Shown here piece by piece: positions 1-9,470 of a stretch of DNA of 64,000 nucleotides. The notes under the pieces are model-generated. The model did no database searches. It had not been told where the DNA came from and was given only the letters and a program-made list of their open reading frames with translations. Location of the stretch: NCBI GenBank assembly GCA_965217585.1, contig OZ244561.1, positions 6,272,001 through 6,336,000 of the forward strand, in the 5' to 3' direction. How positions within the stretch are numbered: the first letter of the stretch is position 1; every line of letters starts with the position of its first letter. Source of the stretch: Candidatus Latescibacterota bacterium (lineage in GTDB: Bacteria > Latescibacterota > UBA2968 > UBA8231). The position numbers were made by a program, and so were the translations under genes.

Positions 1-180
1 TCTTTGTTCGTCTGCGAAATCGCGCCGTCTTTCGTGCCGCCCGCGTGGTGGCTGGTTCAGTGGAATGGCCCGGCGAGCTAGATCTTAGCTATGACACGCT
101 CTATCTGGAAAGCCAGCCAATGGCCATTGCGACCGCAGTTGCCCAAGGACCAAACGATTAGTTTGGAATAGGAGGAGACT

Positions 181-552
181 ATGCCCTTTATCAACCCCGC
201 AGAACTTGCGGCCGTGGAACTTTTCCCCCAAATCAACAGCGGCTTGGTGGCCGGCGAGCGGCTGATGCTTTCGTTTTTGGATATGGAAGAAGGCTGCGAA
301 GTGCCCGAACACAGCCACCCGCACGAGCAGGCCGGCTTGGTGCTGGCCGGGCGCTTCCGCTTTCGCATTGGGGCAGAGGAGCGCGTCACCGGCCCGGGCG
401 ATGCCTTCTTGATTCCGCCGAACGTGGTCCATTGGGGGATCGTCGAAGAAGGGCCGGCTAAAATCCTCGACATCTTCAGTCCGCCGCGCGAGGATTACAT
501 GGAGCAATACAACAAATACGCCCAAACCTCGGCTAAAACCGTCTGGGCTTAG
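181..552 (+). CDS. Cupin domain protein
   Basis: PEHSHPHEQAG and IPPNVVHWG cupin metal motifs; strong SD AGGAGGAG upstream. Confidence 0.85.
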   Translation: MPFINPAELAAVELFPQINSGLVAGERLMLSFLDMEEGCEVPEHSHPHEQAGLVLAGRFRFRIGAEERVTGPGDAFLIPPNVVHWGIVEEGPAKILDIFSPPREDYMEQYNKYAQTSAKTVWA

Positions 553-568
553 GGATTAGGAGTACGCC

Positions 569-1498
569 ATGAGAGCATTAGAAAAAGAACATTGCCACAA
601 TGTGTTGGTCGTAGCGATCGCGCCCCGCGATGCAGAGCGGAACATCGATTTGGAGGGCATTGGCCGCAACGCGCGCTATCTGTGCGAGCGCGGCGTGGAT
701 TTCATCATGCCCGCCTGCGGCACGGGCTTGGCATACGATGTGACCTTGGCCGAGTACGAGGCCATCGTCGGGACGTTTATGGATGCTGCGGCCGAGGCGG
801 CGTTGGTGGTGCCGGGGATTGGGCCGGGGTATGGCCGCGCCTTGGAAATGGGGCAGATCGCGCGCTCGTTGGGCGTCGCCGGGGTGATGATTATGCCGAT
901 CGTCGGCCCCGCATCGGCCAATGGGACGGCGGCCGGATTGCGCAGTATTGCCGAAAAGACCCAATTGCCCACCATATTGTACCAGCGCCGCCTCGACATC
1001 ATGCCGGTGGAACAGGTGGTCGCGCTCTGTCGGCTGGACGAGGTGGTGGGGCTTAAGTACTCGGTTGACGATTTGGAGACTTTCCGGCGCATCGAGGCCG
1101 AGGCTGGAGACGAGGCGGCTATGGTCTGCGGCATGGCCGAAGATCCCTGCATCGACTATATGGCGGCTGGGGCCGTCGGGTTTAGCTCGGGGATGGCCAA
1201 CTTCGTCCCCGGCATGAGCCGTGCGCTCCTAGAGCGCTTTGCGGCCGGAGATCGCGTTGGGGCTGAGGCCATTCGGCAGCAGATGGTGCCTTTTGAGGAT
1301 CTGCGCGGCGAGTGTGCAGCGCGCTACAGCACCTCGGCACTGCACGCGGCTATGGAGCGGGTCGGGCTGGCCGGAGGGCCGGTGGTGCCTTTTGCCGAGG
1401 ATGTGGCCGCTGAGGACCTGCCGAGGTTGCACGCGCTCGTCGATAAGCTGGCCGAGTCGGAGCGACAAATGCAAATGCAAATGAAAGAGGTCGTATGA
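569..1498 (+). CDS. Dihydrodipicolinate synthase family aldolase/dehydratase (KDG dehydratase-like)
   Basis: ACGTG motif, ILYQR, Schiff-base Lys in VVGLKYS, GFSSGMANFVP; SD AGGAG. Confidence 0.85.
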   Translation: MRALEKEHCHNVLVVAIAPRDAERNIDLEGIGRNARYLCERGVDFIMPACGTGLAYDVTLAEYEAIVGTFMDAAAEAALVVPGIGPGYGRALEMGQIARSLGVAGVMIMPIVGPASANGTAAGLRSIAEKTQLPTILYQRRLDIMPVEQVVALCRLDEVVGLKYSVDDLETFRRIEAEAGDEAAMVCGMAEDPCIDYMAAGAVGFSSGMANFVPGMSRALLERFAAGDRVGAEAIRQQMVPFEDLRGECAARYSTSALHAAMERVGLAGGPVVPFAEDVAAEDLPRLHALVDKLAESERQMQMQMKEVV

Positions 1499-2601
1499 AT
1501 CAACATGCACTGCGCGTAGGGCTGGTGGGCACAGGCGGCGTCTGTGCGGGGGTACACTATCCAGGGCTGAGGCTGATTCCCGGGGTCGAGATCGCTGGGA
1601 TCTGCGAGCCAAACGAGACGCTGCGGCAAAAGCGGCAAGCGGAATGGGGCATTGCGGCCGCTTTTGAGCGGCTGGACGCGCTCTTAGACGCGGTGGCCCC
1701 GGATGCGGTCTGCATCGCCGTGCCCAACGTCTATCACTACGAACTGATCGTCCAAGTCTTAGACGCCGGCTGCCACGTGCTGTGCGAGAAGCCCTTGGGC
1801 ATGGACTTTGCCCAAACTCGGGAAATCTACGCCCGGGGCAAGGCGTCGGGGCATCGCCACATGACGGCGTTTACCTATCGCTTTGTACCGGCGATGAACT
1901 ACATCCGCCACTTGGTGCAGACCGGGGCCTTGGGGCCGATTCGCCACGCCCGTTTCCAGCGCCTGCAAGACTGGGGAGAGCGCGCCATTGGCTGGCGGCA
2001 ATACAAAAGCCAAGCAGGTTCGGGCGAGTTGGGCGATATGGGCATTCACCGCCTTGATTTTGCCGAGGATCTGCTGGGGCCGATAGAGGCTGTGTGCAGC
2101 GCGGCCAAGCAGTTGGTGCCGCGAGATCGGACCGGCGAGGGCCAGCCGTGCCCACCGCAGGACGTGGAAGATTGGATCGCGTGGATTGCCGAGTTTGCAA
2201 GCGGCACCACAGGCGTCTTTGAGATGGGTAAGTTGAGCAAGGGCTACGGCCCGAAGGGCGACCACGACTTGGCCGAACTCAACGGGGAGGAGGCCTCGGT
2301 CGTCTATCGTCTGCACGAGCCGCACGAAGTGCTCTTCTCGCCCCGCGGCGAGCCCTATCAGAGCCGGCCCGTGCCCGCCGAGTTCCTCAAGCGCCCTAAT
2401 GCGCCGCGCGACCCGTCCGTCGGCGATCCCGTACAGACCTTCCGCTACGACCAAGCTTGGGAATTCGTCAGTGCTATCCGCGAGGGGCGCGATTGCGTGC
2501 CCTCGTTTTATCACGGGATGCGGGCGCAAGCCGTTGCCGACTCCATCCTCCAGGCCGCGGCCGAGCGGCGGTGGGTTGATATTCCCGATTGTCCGGCTTA
2601 G
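1495..2601 (+). CDS. Gfo/Idh/MocA family oxidoreductase
   Basis: VGLVGTG Rossmann start, HVLCEKP, GELGDMGIHRLD; ATGA overlap with upstream gene. Confidence 0.9.
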   Translation: MNQHALRVGLVGTGGVCAGVHYPGLRLIPGVEIAGICEPNETLRQKRQAEWGIAAAFERLDALLDAVAPDAVCIAVPNVYHYELIVQVLDAGCHVLCEKPLGMDFAQTREIYARGKASGHRHMTAFTYRFVPAMNYIRHLVQTGALGPIRHARFQRLQDWGERAIGWRQYKSQAGSGELGDMGIHRLDFAEDLLGPIEAVCSAAKQLVPRDRTGEGQPCPPQDVEDWIAWIAEFASGTTGVFEMGKLSKGYGPKGDHDLAELNGEEASVVYRLHEPHEVLFSPRGEPYQSRPVPAEFLKRPNAPRDPSVGDPVQTFRYDQAWEFVSAIREGRDCVPSFYHGMRAQAVADSILQAAAERRWVDIPDCPA

Positions 2602-2612
2602 GAGGGACGGTG

Positions 2613-3410
2613 ATGACGAGCGAAAGTCCCAACACGGCGTATGTGCGGGATGGGTTTTACATCCACGACGCAGCCGTATGGCCTTTAGAGGCCGTCGAGC
2701 GGGCTGTAGAGGGCATGGATGCGGTGCGGCGGGGCGAGTACGATACCGGAGTGTCGCCCCGGCCCTCGGCTTGGCAGCCAGGCGACGACCCGCAGCGGTT
2801 GTGCAAAATTGAAAAGCCCCAGATCGCCAATCGGGCTATTATGGACCTGATCAAACATCCGGCCCTCGGGGCGTTGGCTGCTGAAGTCTGTGCGGCCGAG
2901 TGGGTCCAAGTTTGGTGGGTACAGTTGTTGTACAAGCCTCCGGTCGCTGGCGCAGAATCTAGCGGAACCCACGTGGGATGGCATCAGGACCGCAACTACT
3001 GGGGGGCTTGGGAAGAGGGCAGCGAGCTGTTTACGGCTTGGATCGCCTTGAGCGAGGTCGGCCCGACGACCGGGCCGATGCGCTTTGTGCGCGGCTCGCA
3101 TCAGTGGGGATTGCTGCCGGGCAGCGACTTCTTCGGCCAAGAGCTAGCCGAGCAGAAGCGAGAACTGGCCGCGTTGACTAGCGACGAGTGGGTAGAAGTG
3201 GCGGAGACCCTGCCCCAAGGAGGCGTGAGCTTTCACCACTGCTTGACGCTACACGGTAGTGGCCCCAATTATTCTGCGGGCCCGCGGCGGAGCTTGGCCG
3301 TTCACAGGCGCACTGAGCGGTCCCGCCCAGTGGACGGTAAGCGGGAGGGGCTGACGGCCTTTATCGACGACCCGACGCATTGCCCGGTAGTGTTCAGGCT
3401 CAATTCCTAA
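2613..3410 (+). CDS. Phytanoyl-CoA dioxygenase (PhyH) family Fe(II)/2OG oxygenase
   Basis: GWHQD...GSH...TLHGSGPN...RRS facial triad; start moved to ATG 2613 after SD GGAGG. Confidence 0.9.
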   Translation: MTSESPNTAYVRDGFYIHDAAVWPLEAVERAVEGMDAVRRGEYDTGVSPRPSAWQPGDDPQRLCKIEKPQIANRAIMDLIKHPALGALAAEVCAAEWVQVWWVQLLYKPPVAGAESSGTHVGWHQDRNYWGAWEEGSELFTAWIALSEVGPTTGPMRFVRGSHQWGLLPGSDFFGQELAEQKRELAALTSDEWVEVAETLPQGGVSFHHCLTLHGSGPNYSAGPRRSLAVHRRTERSRPVDGKREGLTAFIDDPTHCPVVFRLNS

Positions 3411-4921
3411 TTCCAATTTTTGCGGACGGCGACCAGCGTTAGCGCGAGGGCACAGAGCAGGAGCGGCCAGTCCCCGTAGCGAGTGTAGATCGTCTGTCCT
3501 TGGTGCAGGGGCACATCTATTGCAAAGGTCTCAGTGGCAAAAAGCGGCGTGCGATAGGCAATGCGCCCACTCGGTTCGATTAAGCCGGAAATGCCGGTAT
3601 TGGCGGCGCGGACTACGGCGCGCCCGCTTTCTACGGCCCGCAGGACGGCCTGTGCAAAGTGCTGGTGCGGGGCCGCGGTGGTGCCAAACCAAGCGTCGTT
3701 GGTGGTGTTGACCAGAAAGTCCGGGTCTTGGGCCATCAGCGCGCGGGTGATTTCCGGAAAGATGGACTCGTAGCAAATAAAAACCCCGAATGAGGTATCG
3801 CTGCGCGGAAGCCGCAGCGCTTTGTGCCTTGCTCCGTGGGCGAAGATACCGCTTTCTGCTGTAAGCCCCCCCAAATACTGAAAGATGCCTGGAAAGGGCA
3901 GAAACTCGCCAAAAGGCACCAAGTGCACCTTGTCGGCGTAATCCACTACTTCCCCTTGAGCATTGAGGAGGAAGGCCCGGTTATAGACCGGAGCAGTGCG
4001 GTTTTGCGAATCGCCCTTGAGGCTGCCCACCAACATGGTCGTATCTAGCTCTGGGGCTAGGGCCATTATCGAATCGACATAGGTCGCGTACAAGGGGTCG
4101 CCGAAATAGAGCGGCAGGGCCGTCTCTGGGTAGATGATCAGCGCTGGTTTTTCCGCGGCCGCCAAGTCCCGGGTGAGTGCGGCGTAGTGCCGAGCCGTCC
4201 AGGCCAGCCGGTTTTCCTTCCACTTGCGGTCTTGGGGGATATTGCCTTGAACGATGCCGACCTTGAGGGTGGAGGGTGGCGAATCCGGCATGTCGTGCAG
4301 CCGATAGAAGCCCCATAGATGAACGGCGACCAGCAAGAAAAGAGGCAGGCTCAGATAGGAGATGAAAGCACGGTGCGAGAGGGCTTGGGCCAACGCGGCG
4401 TTGAATAGGACGATCAGGAAACTCAGGCCATAGACGCCGGTTATGGCAGCCCACTGCAGGAGGGGTAGGTTGAGGTACTGCGAATAGCCCAGTAGCTGCC
4501 AGGGGAAGCCGCTCAACATCCAGTTTTGTACCCACTCTAAAAGGACCCAGACGCCGGCTGCCGACCAAGCAAAGAGCGGGGAGGAAAAGTTTAGGCGGCG
4601 ACACACCACGACAAAACAGGCCAGATACAAGGCCATGTATATAATGAGCAGTCCATTAGTCGCCACGGCGGTCGTCAAGGAGAGGGCGCCGTACAATTGT
4701 AGGGTTTCGGTGATCCAGTAGGTGCGTCCGGTAGCCCAAGCGAGGCCGGCGACCAGCCCGAGGGCGAAGTGGCTTTGGGCTGGCAGCCAGTGCCGAGCCA
4801 AAAAGAGCGGCAGTAGGCAAATCCAAGCGAGGTAATACTGATCAGATTTGGGGATGCTAACTACGAAGAGCAGGCCCGAGAGTAGGGCCGGGGCCAGCAG
4901 GGGAAAGAGCCGCTGCTGCAA
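3407..4921 (-). CDS. lnt: Apolipoprotein N-acyltransferase
   Basis: N-terminal TM helices, SGFPW, VQGNIPQ, YPETA, KVHLVPFGE, ICYESIFP, NDAWFG, RAANTGISG. Confidence 0.95.
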   Translation of the reverse strand: MQQRLFPLLAPALLSGLLFVVSIPKSDQYYLAWICLLPLFLARHWLPAQSHFALGLVAGLAWATGRTYWITETLQLYGALSLTTAVATNGLLIIYMALYLACFVVVCRRLNFSSPLFAWSAAGVWVLLEWVQNWMLSGFPWQLLGYSQYLNLPLLQWAAITGVYGLSFLIVLFNAALAQALSHRAFISYLSLPLFLLVAVHLWGFYRLHDMPDSPPSTLKVGIVQGNIPQDRKWKENRLAWTARHYAALTRDLAAAEKPALIIYPETALPLYFGDPLYATYVDSIMALAPELDTTMLVGSLKGDSQNRTAPVYNRAFLLNAQGEVVDYADKVHLVPFGEFLPFPGIFQYLGGLTAESGIFAHGARHKALRLPRSDTSFGVFICYESIFPEITRALMAQDPDFLVNTTNDAWFGTTAAPHQHFAQAVLRAVESGRAVVRAANTGISGLIEPSGRIAYRTPLFATETFAIDVPLHQGQTIYTRYGDWPLLLCALALTLVAVRKNWN

Positions 4922-4922
4922 T

Positions 4923-5249
4923 TCAGACGCCTCGGTGCCAATCCTCGAGCCCTTGGCGCAATTTTTTTAAGCCACTCTGCTCAAGCGCAGCCATCGCGTT
5001 GCGAGAAAGGCCCAAACGCGCCGCGACTTGGCCGGGCGATTTCTTGTACTGATAGCGGAGTTGAATAACGCGCATCTCGTCGTCGGAGAGGCCTTGGAGA
5101 GCGCGGTGGACGAGCTGGCGCAGTTCTTGGGCTTCGAGACGAGCTTGGGCATCTTCAGCGACGAGCAAGGATACGAAGCGCTCGTCGAGGCGGATGCGCT
5201 CGACCGGGGCGGTGGTGGGATTGTCGGGAACCTTATTGTAGATAGGCAT
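4923..5249 (-). CDS. Stand-alone sigma-70 region 4 (HTH) domain protein
   Basis: ALQGLSDDEMRVIQLRY...VAARLGLSR...ALEQSGLKKLR matches the sigma r4 pattern; no region 2 present. Confidence 0.65.
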   Translation of the reverse strand: MPIYNKVPDNPTTAPVERIRLDERFVSLLVAEDAQARLEAQELRQLVHRALQGLSDDEMRVIQLRYQYKKSPGQVAARLGLSRNAMAALEQSGLKKLRQGLEDWHRGV

Positions 5250-5250
5250 A

Positions 5251-5288
5251 AAATAAAAATCAGGGAGCCGCGAACGACTCCCTGAAAA
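5251..5288 (-). terminator. Intrinsic terminator after tRNA-fMet
   Basis: Minus strand TCAGGGAGTCG-TTCG-CGGCTCCCTGA followed by TTTTTATTTT. Confidence 0.8.
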
Positions 5289-5290
5289 GG

Positions 5291-5367
<77 letters not shown>

Positions 5368-5425
5368 ACAAGCTACAAGCTATAGGTAATTAATCTAAAG
5401 GATGGGGCAGGCAGACGCAACCCTC

Positions 5426-6754
5426 TCAATTGCCGGCGGAGGTCAAGCGCCGGAGTTTAACTTGGGCGATGCGCTGGCCCTCGACTTTGAGGATGTCGAG
5501 CTCTAGATGATCAACCTTGAAGACTAGACCCTCCGCGGGGATGCTCCCCAAGTGGTCGTAGATAAATCCCCCGAGGGTTTCAAAGCCCGACCTCGGCAGA
5601 TCGATGGAAAGCAACTCGTTGAGATCGTCTATGTCGATACGGGCATTGGCGATGAGTACCTCGCCGGGGACCTGCCAGTGGTGCAATTCCTCTTCCTCGT
5701 CGTACTCGTCTTGGATCTCCCCGACGATTTCCTCGACGAGGTCCTCGGTGGTGACCAAGCCAGCCGTGCCGCCGTATTCGTCGAGGACGATGGCGAGGCG
5801 AATTCTGTTGGCTCTCAAGTCGTTGAGCAGGACGTCGATTTTCTTGGTCTCGGGAATGTAATAAGGCTCGTGGGTAAAACGCAGATCGCCCTCTTGCTGA
5901 CTGGTCAGTAGTTGGTCTATGGGCGTCGCCAAATTAACTTCGGGCCGGGCCACCAAGATCTGCAGCAAATCCTTGGCGTACACTAGCCCTTGGATGTGGT
6001 CGAGGCTTTCCCGGTAGATGGGTAGGCGCGAGTGTCCCTTGTCCCTAATGAGATCGAGCAAGTCTTGCAGGGAAGCCGATTGGTCGATAGCGATCATGTC
6101 GACGCGGGGGACCATGACTTCGCGGACGATGCGGTCGTGGAAGCCAAAGACGCTCTCAATCATCTCGCGCTCGCTTTCCTCTAGCACGCCGGATTCGCCT
6201 TCTGACTCGACGATGCTACGCAGTTCCTCTTCCTTTTCAGCGCGAAAGTCCTCGTCGCTGTAATCAAAGCTGCCGAGGAGTTCGAGGAGGTTGGTCAAGG
6301 GGAGGAGCAGCGCGTGTACCGGCACATAGGCCAAGGCGACGACGGGTATGTGCGCTTCGTCGCCCTCTTCGTCAAAGCGAATGCGGCGGGGCGTTGCCAC
6401 GATCATGAAAAGCCCTAGCGCACCCAATAAGGCCACTGCCGCCGTGAAATAGTACGTGCGGAGATACGGCAATAGGAGGGCTTCTGCGAGAAAAAACAGG
6501 GCGAGGGCGAGGACGGTGACACCGATGGCCTCGCCGAGGCGGGTCATCAGGCGCAGGCGCAAGCGCGGCTCGTAGATGCGGAGCATGGCGCGCCCATGTG
6601 ATACGCCGCTTTCGGCCATCTTCTCCAGCACGGATTTGGAGAGAATGGTGAAGGTAGTCTCATAGCTAGCTACTAAGAAGAGCCAGACGAGGCTGATCGA
6701 GCCGACCAGCACGGCGCATGCGACGGAGGATAAGTCGACTTGCGGGGGTTCCAA
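5426..6754 (-). CDS. Hemolysin/CorC (CNNM-CBS-CorC) family transporter
   Basis: N-terminal TMs, VREVMVPRVDM, GHSRLPIY, VLDEYGGTAGLVTTEDLVEEIVGEI, C-terminal CorC domain; TTG start with SD AAGGAG. Confidence 0.9.
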   Translation of the reverse strand: MEPPQVDLSSVACAVLVGSISLVWLFLVASYETTFTILSKSVLEKMAESGVSHGRAMLRIYEPRLRLRLMTRLGEAIGVTVLALALFFLAEALLLPYLRTYYFTAAVALLGALGLFMIVATPRRIRFDEEGDEAHIPVVALAYVPVHALLLPLTNLLELLGSFDYSDEDFRAEKEEELRSIVESEGESGVLEESEREMIESVFGFHDRIVREVMVPRVDMIAIDQSASLQDLLDLIRDKGHSRLPIYRESLDHIQGLVYAKDLLQILVARPEVNLATPIDQLLTSQQEGDLRFTHEPYYIPETKKIDVLLNDLRANRIRLAIVLDEYGGTAGLVTTEDLVEEIVGEIQDEYDEEEELHHWQVPGEVLIANARIDIDDLNELLSIDLPRSGFETLGGFIYDHLGSIPAEGLVFKVDHLELDILKVEGQRIAQVKLRRLTSAGN

Positions 6755-6792
6755 AAAGGCTCCTTTCGGGTAACGCGGCCGGCCAAAGCCGC

Positions 6793-7245
6793 TTAGGGGG
6801 AGAGGGAAGCTGTGGTAAGAAAGCGATCTGTTTCGCGTTCCATAGCGGCTAGTTGCTCGGGCGTGTCGTGTGTCCAGCCCGCTAGATGGAGTAGGCCGTG
6901 TACCAGCAGGCGAGCTAGTTCCTCTAAAGGAGGGACGCTGAGCGCAGCAGCTTGCCGCTGCGCTTGGGGCAGAGAAATGTACACTTCGCCGCTGCTGTCC
7001 TGACTAGGTATGGTACCCAAATCGAAAGATAAGACATCCGTAGTGCCCTCCTTGCTGCGGTAGGTGGTATTGAGATCGCTCATATAGTCGTCGTCGACGA
7101 GGACTAGCTGGCCTGCGTCCGGTAGTGCGTGGGCGTAGGCGACCTGCGCGGCGACCTGGTGCAGGGCTGCGATTACGTCTGCATGCAGGGGGGCGAGGCC
7201 CTCGTCTTGGACTATGTGGAGGGGCCTATCTAGACGGTCTGCCAT
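6793..7245 (-). CDS. ybeY: rRNA maturation RNase YbeY
   Basis: YRSKEGTTDVLSF, GEVYIS, HGLLHLAGWTH (H-x3-H-x5-H). Start uncertain (7245 or 7266). Confidence 0.92.
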   Translation of the reverse strand: MADRLDRPLHIVQDEGLAPLHADVIAALHQVAAQVAYAHALPDAGQLVLVDDDYMSDLNTTYRSKEGTTDVLSFDLGTIPSQDSSGEVYISLPQAQRQAAALSVPPLEELARLLVHGLLHLAGWTHDTPEQLAAMERETDRFLTTASLSP

Positions 7246-9470
7246 TTGCGATTGGCCTTCTGCCAAGGGTATTCCATCCGGCTGTGTAGGACGCCCATCA
7301 GCACGCGAATGAAGCTATCCTCTATTTTGAGCAAATCCCGCAGGGTCAGAGCGCACTCGTCGAGTTCGCCAGCGGTGAATTTCTGCTGGATAATTTTGTG
7401 TACTAACTGGCGCATCCGGCTAGGCGTGCGCTCGGCGAGGGTGCGGGCTGCCGCTTCGACCGAGTCGGCCAACATCAGGATACCTGCCTCTTTGGTCTGG
7501 GGCTTGGGGCCGTTGTACCTGAAATCTTCCTCACGCACGCTCCGGTCGCCCAATTCCACGGCGCGCTCGTAAAAGTACTCGATGACGGTGGTACCGTGGT
7601 GCTGAGAGATTAGGTCGCAGATGGATTGGGGAAGGCCGTGTTCCTCGGCCAATTCGAGCCCCTCGCGGATGTGCGAGGCGATGATGAGCATGCTCAGGTA
7701 GGGCATCAGATTATCGTGGGGGTTGCGCCCGCCTTGCAACCCCTGATTTTCGCTGAAGTACTCAGGCTTGCTCACCTTGCCGATATCGTGGTAATAGCAG
7801 CCGACGCGAGCCAAAAGCGGGTTGGCGGCGATGGCTTCGGCGGCGCTCTCGGAGAGGTTGGCCATAATCAGGCTGTGAGTATAGGTCCCCGGTGCCCGGA
7901 TGGCCAATTGGCGGAGCAAGGTCCGGTTGGGATCCGACAGCTCCAGCAGGGTGATATCCGTGGTGATGTGAAAGATGCTTTCAAAGATCGGCAGCAGGCC
8001 GATGGTGAGGATGGGGGCGGCCGCGCCGATGACGATGCCGGGCAGGATGTGAGCGTATATCTGTTCGACCGGGAAGAAGCGCAACAGGTCCGCCGCCGAG
8101 ATGAGCAGCGCATAAGAGATCGGTAGGAAGATCATGGGGCGGTAGAACTGATTGCGGTGGCGCACGTGCCGCACCGCATAGACGGCTATGGCCGCCGTTA
8201 GGGCACAGATTATGGCTACGTAGAAGTCGGCAAAGAGGTTGCCGACAAAGAGTGCTAACACAAACGAGAGCACCAAGCCAATTTGTGGCGTTAGCAGGAT
8301 CGTCGCTAGCATGGCGGCGAGGGGGATCGGTACCCAGTAGGGGGAGAGGTCGTGCGTTTTGATATAGGAGGCCGCGGTGGCTATGGCAACGGTCAAGATG
8401 GCTAAGAGGACGAGATGGCCAGGCTGGTCAAAAACAGCGCGTTCGTGCGTGGCGAGGAAGTAGCTGAAGACGAAGATCAGGAGTCCGGAGATCGTCGCGG
8501 CCGCAGCTATTTGGATCAGGAGCTTGATCGGATGTTGAGATTGCTCTTGGGCGATGCGATCGGCCAGTGCGTCGAGTGCGTCGACATGCTCTTCGGTGAC
8601 GGTGGCGTGCTTGTCGACGATGAGGTCGTCTTGGGCATAGATCCGCTTGATACTGGCCACGCCGCGCCGTGCCGCGTCCCTGAGGCGGGCGGTTTCCGGC
8701 TCGTCAATGGTCAGATTGGGGGCCACAAAGAGGCTTAGGAGCTCGTGTACGGCTTGGATGGCGTCGCGGTCGGCGATGGTGTGATACGTTTGGATGCGCG
8801 AGATCAATTCACCTTGTTTGAGCTTTTCTTCGCTATAGAGGGTTTCTATGTGCTGTTCCCGGTCTCCGAGGCGGACTTGGGCCGAGGGACTTAGGAGAAT
8901 CGGTTGTTTGGAGGCAATAATGCCCGCGGTATAGTAATTGGCCAGAATCTGCCGACAGATGGCTTGGAAGTCGTGTACATAAGGTTCGCTGGCCGTGGAG
9001 AGGACGTTGATGAGGGTCGAAAGGGCATCGAGCGAGAGCGAACCGATGACTTGAGGGAGTTCGCGTTGGAGTTCGCGTTGCTTGAGCGAGTCGGCCATCT
9101 GGACCCGGATCCTTGGGATCATCACTGCAAAGACTGAGTCTAGCCGAGCTAGCTGCCGCTCTTGAATTAGGGGATCGCGGTGCAAGATGGTGGGGATCTC
9201 GGCGGTCTCTGCTTGGCGTTCGCGCTCCAATTCGGCATCGCTTTTGGGCACGCGAAAGAGAAAAGGGGCCTCAATGCGCTCTTGGGCGATGCTGCCGACG
9301 CGTAGCTGAGCGACATTGTAGGGACGCTGGTAGGGCGATAGGTAGGTGAGCAGGCCGATGACTAGGCCCGCCAAAGCAATATGAAACACCCATAAGCTAT
9401 GCGGGTGCCAAGGTTTGGGCTGATTACTGCGGCGTGTGGAGCCAAACCACTTGGATTTAAGCGCGTTCAT
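7230..9470 (-). CDS. 7TM-HD/HDIG phosphohydrolase (PgpH-like c-di-AMP phosphodiesterase family)
   Basis: Large extracytoplasmic domain, 7TM block, APGTYTHS, YYHDIGK, QHHGT, GPKPQTKE, LADSVEAA; conserved position between phoH and ybeY. Confidence 0.9.
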   Translation of the reverse strand: MNALKSKWFGSTRRSNQPKPWHPHSLWVFHIALAGLVIGLLTYLSPYQRPYNVAQLRVGSIAQERIEAPFLFRVPKSDAELERERQAETAEIPTILHRDPLIQERQLARLDSVFAVMIPRIRVQMADSLKQRELQRELPQVIGSLSLDALSTLINVLSTASEPYVHDFQAICRQILANYYTAGIIASKQPILLSPSAQVRLGDREQHIETLYSEEKLKQGELISRIQTYHTIADRDAIQAVHELLSLFVAPNLTIDEPETARLRDAARRGVASIKRIYAQDDLIVDKHATVTEEHVDALDALADRIAQEQSQHPIKLLIQIAAAATISGLLIFVFSYFLATHERAVFDQPGHLVLLAILTVAIATAASYIKTHDLSPYWVPIPLAAMLATILLTPQIGLVLSFVLALFVGNLFADFYVAIICALTAAIAVYAVRHVRHRNQFYRPMIFLPISYALLISAADLLRFFPVEQIYAHILPGIVIGAAAPILTIGLLPIFESIFHITTDITLLELSDPNRTLLRQLAIRAPGTYTHSLIMANLSESAAEAIAANPLLARVGCYYHDIGKVSKPEYFSENQGLQGGRNPHDNLMPYLSMLIIASHIREGLELAEEHGLPQSICDLISQHHGTTVIEYFYERAVELGDRSVREEDFRYNGPKPQTKEAGILMLADSVEAAARTLAERTPSRMRQLVHKIIQQKFTAGELDECALTLRDLLKIEDSFIRVLMGVLHSRMEYPWQKANRKWQTV

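Noticed and set aside
1-81. Possible 3' end of an upstream CDS (frame 1, stop at 79-81)
   Set aside because: Too short to support a call.
1466-1483. CAAATG x3 microsatellite (QMQMQM)
   Set aside because: In-frame 6-mer at the extreme C-terminus; slippage would not switch phase.
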